From: Reclinomonas americana ATCC 50394
Lineage: Eukaryota
NCBI GenBank assembly: GCA_048213135.1
Contig: PS015015.1
Location: 158,925-222,924 of the forward strand
DNA: 64,000 bases
Direction: 5' to 3'
Below are positions 56,211-64,000 of this stretch, in pieces. How positions within the stretch are numbered: position 1 is the first letter of the stretch; each line of letters begins with the position of its first letter. The notes under the pieces are model-generated. The model saw only the letters and a list, made by a program, of their open reading frames with translations. It did not search any database and had not been told where the DNA came from. The position numbers were made by a program, and so were the translations under genes.

Positions 56211-56874
56211 ATGCTGTTCCTTCGTCGTGCACTGCCTCTCCTGTGTGCGCCAGTCGCACGCATGCCGCTCTTGCTCTGCAGACCAGTGCCGACAATGCAA
56301 CATCACTGCAGGTTCACTCGCACTCTCTTGCTCTCTCTTTCCTTCGCCCTCTCACTCGTCATTGCAGCTTCTTCAGCAACATCAGTGCGAGTGGCAGTGA
56401 GAATGTGTCGGAGGCCGTTTTCCAGGAGGCCGCCGACACCACCATGCAACACATTTTTGATGTGATGGATGTGGTGGGCGAGAAGTTGATCGACTTTGAG
56501 TTGGAGATGGCTGTTGCGTGGAATACTTTGGCGTTCCCCGGCCGGAGATACAGTGGCTGACACCCGTACGGGGCACAGATGGGAGTGTTGACCATGTCAG
56601 TTGGGCGAATCGGCACGTTTGTGATCAACAAGCAGAATCCCACGCGACAACTCTGGCTCTCGTCGCCCATCAGGTCTCTCTCTTTCTCTGTCCCCTCCCG
56701 TCTCCCCTTATTCTGACTGACTGGCGATGCCTCAGTGGTCCGTGGCACTACGGCCTCGATGTGGCAACGCAGCAGTGGCTGTGTACGCGTGACCAGCACA
56801 ATCTCATTGAACGGCTACAACAGGAGCTCTCTGACGCTTGTCGCGTTCCGGTGCAACTGGCTGAGGAGCAATGA
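56211..56874 (+). CDS. FXN: Frataxin (mitochondrial)
   Basis: Arg-rich presequence, FQEAADTTM, and [36 protein letters not shown]. Confidence 0.93.
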
Positions 56875-56903
56875 AGCAGTGGCATAGACGGTGCACTCCC
56901 ATT

Positions 56904-57991
56904 TTACATGCGTTTCCACCAGAAGACCACCAGCAACAGCAGCGTCACCAGCGCCATGGCGATGTACACAATCCACCGTTCCAAGAACTGCTGCCGGTCA
57001 ATCAAGCGCAACAATTGCGTGGATATGCCGAGCGAGTTGAACATGTCGAGCACCTTGCGATAGGCCCCCTGCTCGACACGGTGATCAGGATCGCATCGTG
57101 CTGCTGTCTTTCCAACCCCCACATCCACCCACCTTCAGCCTGTCGCCCTGCCTCTGCAAGTCGGTGAGCACATCGGCACCGGTATCGTGGATCTCACTCA
57201 TCAGCTGCCTCGATCGTCGCAACGACCCTTGCTCGTGCGTCAGCTCGTCGATGCGCACCGACGTCTGCACCACAAGTGAGTCACCAGCCGCCGAGAGAGA
57301 CGAAGAAAGCAAGCTCGCACCTCTGCCCGCATGACCTCAATCTCTCGCCTCTCGTCGTCGCGGCGCTTCAGGCGCAACGCGAAGCGATTCATCGAGTCTG
57401 TCAGCTCCCGCGCTTCTTGCGTGAGATTGCGAATGAGACTGCATGCAGACCACAAGTCAGTCTCGCCACAACACACTCGCAGTATGCATACACACAGACC
57501 CATTCCACTTGGCGGCGGCCGACACCGACTCACGACGCGCCATCGCCTTCATATTCTCAATGCCGCGCGTGGCCGCGTCCAGCTTCTGTCTCAACAGCGC
57601 AGTCGACGACGGGAGCGATGACTACGAGAGACCACAGTGAGTGAGCGCGTGGGTGGCGTGAAGAGGGGGCGAGCCACACCGATGAGCCACCAGCTGCCCA
57701 CTCGACCACATGTCCATCTGCGTCGACAGTTGCAGCTGCTGCAGCTGCTGCCTGTGACGATGCGTGTGACTCGTCGCCGTTGCGTGTGCTCTCCTCTCCG
57801 TGCCTCTCCAGCTCGGTCAGGCGGCGTTGCACTTCAGCGAGTGCGCGCTTCACGTCTTGGTACCTGATCGATGCAGATGATGAGAGAAGTCGTTACAGCG
57901 TCGTGTGCGCATGTGCGCTCTCACACACTCTATGTGTGTGTGTGTGTGTGTAGCACACATGTGCGCGCAACTGGATGTCAAGAGCACTCAT
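56904..57991 (-). CDS. GOSR2: Golgi Qb-SNARE membrin/GOSR2/Bos1
   Basis: SLRRSRQLMSEIHDTGADVLTDLQRQGDRLKGAYRKVLDMFNSLGIS..LLRLIDRQ followed by a C-terminal TM. Confidence 0.85.
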
Positions 57992-58154
57992 TTGTGCGTC
58001 GCCACTGTGCGTGCAACAAGAGCTTTCACTCAACACGTGGCTTGCAAGACTCGAGTAACGAAATGAACGAAATTGAGGAGATGCAGGCATAAGGACTTCC
58101 ACATTGTACACCATCGATTGTGTGACGCGCCGCGTGGCTGCGAGATGCCTCTAA

Positions 58155-59314
58155 CTAGTCGCGCGCTGCGCGCTTCAGCATCGACGCATTGGCCGGCGCC
58201 GGTCGAGCGGCGCCGCCCTTCTTGCCGGGCGCCGCCTTGGAGGGATCGTACGAGGGCTTCAACCACGACTTGATCGGCACGTATCCACGCTTCCACATGT
58301 CTTGCAGCTGCGCGCGCAAGAAAGAGCGAGACTATACGTGAGCAAGCTCGTTGTTGTGCATGCATGCATGCATGTTGGTGTGTCGAACCTGCTTCTTCAG
58401 CGTCAATGCAAGCAGGATGAGGAAGTACAGCAGCAAGACGGGCCAGTACACCGGCACATCGGTGAGGTACGTCATTGTGGCCAGCAGTGCCAGTGCCGTC
58501 GACACAGCAATGTTTTGCCTGCCACGTCGTCAGCGGGCTACAAGAGCGAAACGAAACGAGACAACAAACGATGCACGCACCACAACTTGAACTCGGGGAG
58601 CTGTGGCGCGCGCGCGTAAACAGGTGTCAGCGTGTGAGGACCCAAGAGAGCGAGAGAGCGATGGGCGACGCGCACACCTGTCCAATGAATGGCCTGTACT
58701 CCTCATCGTTGGTCATTGGGAGCGTCGGACCCTCGTCGGAATCATCCAGTGGTGTCACGAAGCCAATGAGTGCGTTGAGGATGTAGATTCCTGCGTCGAT
58801 CAAGTCGATCAGCACAAACACCACACCTTACACACCGACACACACAGCACATCACACACCAAGCGCGTACGACACAATGTACCAGCCAGAAGCCACCTGT
58901 CGATTGCACGTATTGATGAGCTTATTTCCTCTCTGTGTGTGTTGACTGTATGTGCGTGTGTGTGTGGACGCACCCACACACGAATGATGTAGAGCAGCAC
59001 GAGAGTGCCGGCGACTGCCCATCGCTTGCCCACATGCGGGTTCAATCGATCAAGCAGAATCTGCGCCTTAATCTTGAACGATCGCTTTAGCCTCTCCTGC
59101 AAGACGCACACACACACACAAAGAGAGCGCATGGGAAGGATGAAGAACGTGAGAAAAAACATGCATTTTGACGTGCGCGACTCTTTTTTTTTATGTTGCA
59201 CATGTTCGACACACATAAACACACACATGCGCGCAGAAAACGGCAAGATAGAAACGCAACAAGCAGAGGCAGTGCCTCGCTCTTCTCCTCGCCGCCTTGA
59301 ATGCTGAAGCTCAT
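58155..59314 (-). CDS. RER1: Golgi-ER retrieval receptor RER1
   Basis: QILLDRLNPH..RW, GIYILNALIGFVTP, LPMTNDEEYRPFI..LPEFK.W, and DVPVYWPVLLLYF..TLKKQ..M.K.GYVP. Confidence 0.92.
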
Positions 59315-59451
59315 CGAGGCACAGTGCGTGCGTGTGCGTGTGTGAGAGTGATGAACGAAATTGCGGCGCGAGTTCTCCCGCGCTTTTACACTCTCACTCG
59401 CATTGTGTCGTGTGTCGTGTGTGCGGAGTGTGCGGAGTGTGTGTGTGCAAC

Positions 59452-62400
59452 ATGGGCGGCACCGTCAAGCTCCGCATCTATGAAGCTCGTTGCGTGTGTG
59501 GAGTCGCATGAACGCGCGTGTTTGTTGTGTGCCATGTCTCGCTCTTCTTCCTCTTGCTCCCTCTCTCTCTGTGCGCATGTGTGTGCGTGGATGCAACGCT
59601 ATATGCAACTCACTGCGCTCTCTTTCTTTCTCTCTCATGCAGGCGACTTGCCTGTGATGGACTCGGCGACGGGCTTGGCGGATCCGTACGTCGAGATCCG
59701 CTTCTCGAGCTTTGCCGCCNNNNNNNNNNNNNNNNNNNNNNNNNNNNNNNNNNNNNNNNNNNNNNNNNNNNNNNNNNNNNNNNNNNNNNNNNNNNNNNNN
59801 NNNNNNNNNNNNNNNNNNNNNNNNNNNNNNNNNNNNNNNNNNNNNNNNNNNNNNNNNNNNNNNNNNNNNNNNNNNNNNNNNNNNNNNNNNNNNNACAATC
59901 CGTATCGCTTGACGTCGGCTGGCGTGCACTTTCGCACCTCGTCGATGTGGCCGGCGTTCACTGGCGAGGATCTGCGTGTCACCAAGGTGTATGGCCTGGT
60001 GGAGGACTTGTTGGCGCAGGAGGATCCGGAGCACACGTTTATGGAGTCGTTCCGTACCTCACGCACCTCCAACGAGGCTCGCCAGACGACGCTGGAGGCC
60101 ATGGCCGGCATGCTGCGGCGGCACATTGGTCGGAAAGTGCAGGGTACGTCTCCTCACACGTGGGGTTCTCTTGTGCGCCTGTCACTCACTCGTTGCTTGC
60201 GCAGAGCTCGGCGGCAATGCTGTTCTCGGATTCCGCATCGAGTTCGATCTGCAATCGGAGCTCAGCGTGGTGATTGCTCGTGCGCAGGGCACAGCTGCTA
60301 TTCTGGAAAAGGTTCGTGGTCGAAACTCACTTGAACACACACACGCATGGTGCCTCCGTCTCACACGCACATCGGCACACAGAGTGAATCGTCGAGGTCA
60401 GCGTCGCCCACTCGCCTGTCGTCGCCGACGTCGCCCACATTGTCGCATGCCATCTCGCCAACATTGCGTGCACTGGCTCCGCCATTTGCACTGTCGGGAC
60501 CAGTGCCGTTGGGTCAGAGTCTCGACTCGTACGGACGGCGAGACTTGCTGCGCGACTCCCCGTCAAGTCCGGAAGAGGGTGGCATTCCGATTGCTGTCGC
60601 AGTGGTTTCGTTTGCTCCCCTTCTCCTCTCTTCCCCCCTAGCATTCTTTTCTTGACCCGACAACAATCTGGCGGCAGGCGCGCACCGGTAGCCCACGCTC
60701 GCGGCAGTCGCCAACATCACCGACGCCTGCGTCACCGTCGTCCTCTCGCAGACTTCGTGGATCGGTGAGTTCACCGGCATCGAATTTCGCATTGCGTGTG
60801 CCATGTGTGCTGACTCGACGAGCTCGGCACGCAGTTCCTCAGCAGCAGTGGTGGTGCTGGCGGAGGCATTTTGGAGGCGGCAAAACAATTTGGTGTCATG
60901 GACCCCAGCTCGTACCCTCCGCCGTTCGACGCGTCAGCGGTGCTGCCGCCACCGTTGGTGACCAGGGCTATCAGCAGTGGTCACTTGCCTCTGGGAGAGC
61001 ACGGAACGGGTGGCGGCAGTGCCACGTTGCTTCCTGTTGCTGCCGGTGCGGCTGGCGCAACGGCAGCAGCGCCTCTGTCGAACAAGAAGCGTCGGAAGAA
61101 GAAAACTGTCAGCGCAGACTCCGCAGCAGGTGCAGTGCTCTCACGCGCGCATGCATACACGTGTGTGTGCGCCTGTAGTGGACATCTCACCACGTGATTT
61201 TCTGCGGTGCAGTTCAGCGCGATCCCTCCACCGCCACCATCGGCCGTGTTCGACCTCGGAAGCGATTTTCGCGATCATTGTGGGGATCCACGCGACCGCG
61301 ACGAGAGGTGGACTTGTTCACGTTGACAGAGTTGCCGGCGCAGGCCATCGAGCAATTTGGCGGCGTGGTCATGGTGAGTCGCATGGGATAATGTGTGTGA
61401 TTCAGTCGACTGTTTTTCTCAATTGCACACTTCGGTGCAGTCGCGTGCGGTGAAGCTGCTGCCTGATGCCCGTCGCACTGGCCAGTCCATCCAGGACACG
61501 GAAGACGCGTGGTGGAATGAGCTTCGTGAGGAGGTGCAGAGTCACTGTCGTGCCCTGAATTGCACGCATGTGATTGGCTACACGGAGGCGTGTGTGGTTC
61601 ACGACGGTGCGCATTTGTCTGCTGCTTGAGGGGAAACGCCAATGACGCTGACACGATTGATGCAACATGCAGATATTGCCGTGCTCACGGCCACCGGCAC
61701 CGCCTGTGTGGTGGACGAGGAGCGAGCATTGCGTGCACTGCGACATACTCGTCGTTGCGTTTTGCCGCCACGCACACATAGAGACAAGGAAATTCGTGTT
61801 TGGCGACTAATGTCGATGTGCTGTATCATCTCTCTCTCTCTCTCCTTTCGCAGGGAGTGCGTGTCACTATGCGCACGTTCCGTTCAGGAAACGAGACCGA
61901 CCGTACCATATGAAGTTGCAGCTTTGTCACGTGTGCGGCAAGAAGTACGTGCCCGACATTATCCTGTCGACATCCGCGTTGCCGCACAGTGTTGCGTCAC
62001 GACTCCACGTCTGCCATGTCCTTCCACGCAGGTGCTGAATCGATTTTGCCCCCACCTCATAGTACAGCATCAAGGGCACTGGCCAGTTGCTGGAGGTTCG
62101 TGTGTCGCGCAGACTACGACGATCAACTGGCGAGAACCGTGCCGCCGAGATCAGTGCCTCGCTGCCGTTCTTGGAGTACGACATGCACCAACAGCTCATG
62201 AACAAGCTGCGCGTGGGTGGCATGAATGCCGTCTTCTCGCTCAAGTTCCAGGTGGCATTTTGTGAGCACACCATTAGTGCCATTGCGACTGGCACAGCAG
62301 TTGCGTTGTCGTTGCTGCTGCTGATGCCCGAGATGAGAATGCGTCGCGTGACCACGCCCGCGAACAGGTATTCATGTGCGCTCTGCCACCACCGCAAGTG

Positions 62401-64000
62401 TTGGCGATTGAGCGCATAAGTACGACTCTGAGTCGGGCGCCGAACATTGCACAGATCGTGGCGCATGTGCAGGCCATGAGCGAGCATAATGTTGCGTCTG
62501 CCTGCGTGGTGTTGCCGCTGTAGTCACTGCTCTCACATTCCTTCTCTGCAGCACGATGTTTGGCAAGATATGCCGGTGCTGGAAGCCCCGTCGGCGGTTC
62601 GTGAGAGAGTAGAGCGTGCCTTTCCTCGCCAGCTCATCCTGCTACCCCTCTCACCCCCATTCATTTCACCAGGATACGGACGAGAGCGGAACAAGTGAAT
62701 CAGCAGGCGAAAGTACAGGATCGGAGGGTTCCAGGTCGGTTGCTTCAATCTCTTTCTGTAATCGCCACTTCTTGCTGGCTGAGCCGAGGTGTCGCCGTGC
62801 AGTTCGTCTACGGAATCGATTGACTCGGACGCGCGCCCCGATGGCGATGGTCGACCTGCTTTTGTTATGCAGGTACGTCACAACGCCCTTTTGTAGCTGC
62901 ACTTGGATATACTCGCCCTCATCATGCGAACAACATTCGCAGCTTGACGACTCGACAGATGCCGATAATCTTGCCTGCTTGTTGGACGTGCTTCCGCCGC
63001 CCATAAAGCAAATTCCGCACGAGGTGCACGGCAGCCTCTACTCACCGGCCACTCGGCAAGGGCTGGAGTCGGGTGGCGGTGGGCGCACACCACCCCTGCA
63101 AATGTACGATCCGGAATGTTTCCTGTCGACGACCGAGTCGGTGCCTGGACTGCGATGTGCGCCGCTGTTGGACGCACAGTACGTGACGATTGTGAGGAGG
63201 TATCCGTACACTGGCGCTCTGCCTGGTCCGAATCAGGATTTGAGTGCCTGTCTCACGGATGCCTACGGATACATTCGTTTCAAGGTGAGGAGCTGCAGTG
63301 TCCAGTGGTGGAGTTTGTGATGTAGTTTCTCACACGTCTGTGCAGGCTCTGAGTTTATTCCACACATCTGCGGCCAGTGGTCTGGATGTGGACGTGTCGT
63401 TTGTGTCGGAGCACTTTATTCAAGTGATTGTGTCTGGCATGCTGTCGGCCTACGATGCCGAGGTTTGTGTGTGACGATGCTCTCTCCCGCAACCGAGTCA
63501 ACAATAGACTGAATTCTTTTTCGTTGCTGTGCAGGAGGTGCAACAGTGTCTAGGTGGTCGCATGTTGCCGCCGGCGCAGCCGCAGCATGTGCCAGAGAGT
63601 CGGCCGACTGCGCGTAGCGCCGGCGGTACGCCTCTGCTCCAGTCGACTCCCTCGGTCGTGCCGGCCGCTGAAGCAGACGACGAGCTGTTGTTCCAGTTTG
63701 AGACGGCGACCACCATTGGGACGGCCGGGGCGCCGGGTGCCGCCGCCGCACGACGTGAGTGAGCTTCTCCGTTTTGCGAAGATGCCATGCATGCATCTCT
63801 GACGCCTGCTGCACTGCAGACCATTCTATGCTGGAAGTTGGCACGTACGACGACGACTCCAGCCGTCTCGGCTCCAAGGTGGCCGTGGAGCACGTGTACA
63901 TGAGCAATCTCGGCCAATGCACCGGTGAGTGAGCGGCTCGTGCGCCAAGCATGCTGCGCCTTGATCGCTAACTGCCACACGCACAGGCTCCACCATCATC
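59452..64000 (+). CDS. C2CD5: C2 domain-containing protein 5 (CDP138/KIAA0528-like), runs off window
   Basis: MGGTVKLRIYEARDLPVMD..DPYVEIRF, DPEHTFMESFRTSRTSNEARQ..GGNAVLGF..FDL, DAWWNELREEVQSH, C..CGKKYVPDIILST, and LPFLEYDMHQQLMNKL..GMNAVF.LK. Confidence 0.92.

Overview
This is eukaryotic (protist-like), GC-rich, gene-dense genomic DNA with roughly 200+ short introns (mostly about 55-100 nt), many (CA)n/(GA)n microsatellites and several assembly gaps. It uses the standard genetic code. I rebuilt about 24 multi-exon gene models by hand. Recognisable genes: GH31 alpha-glucosidase, XMAP215/chTOG, NDR kinase, CAP-H2, snurportin-1, snapin, RNF10, CEP76, LSM8, SPTLC1, MRPL17, a LON-N domain protein, a prohibitin fragment, an SMG7/EST1-like protein, beta-COP, an RluA pseudouridine synthase, two tandem secreted PI-PLC-like genes, frataxin, membrin, RER1 and C2CD5. 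There is also an inverted pair of identical tRNA-Pro(CGG) genes. The most striking signal is a second, abundant class of 5' splice site. About 50 donors (roughly a fifth to a quarter, manual count) read |GTTGCG, |GTTGAG, |GTTGTG or |GTTTCG, which is the local consensus (G|GTGCG, G|GTGAG, G|GTTCG) with one extra T, so the conserved +5 G sits at +6. This class occurs mostly after exons that do not end in G and is preserved between diverged paralogs. All gene models are inferred from sequence only, with no RNA data.
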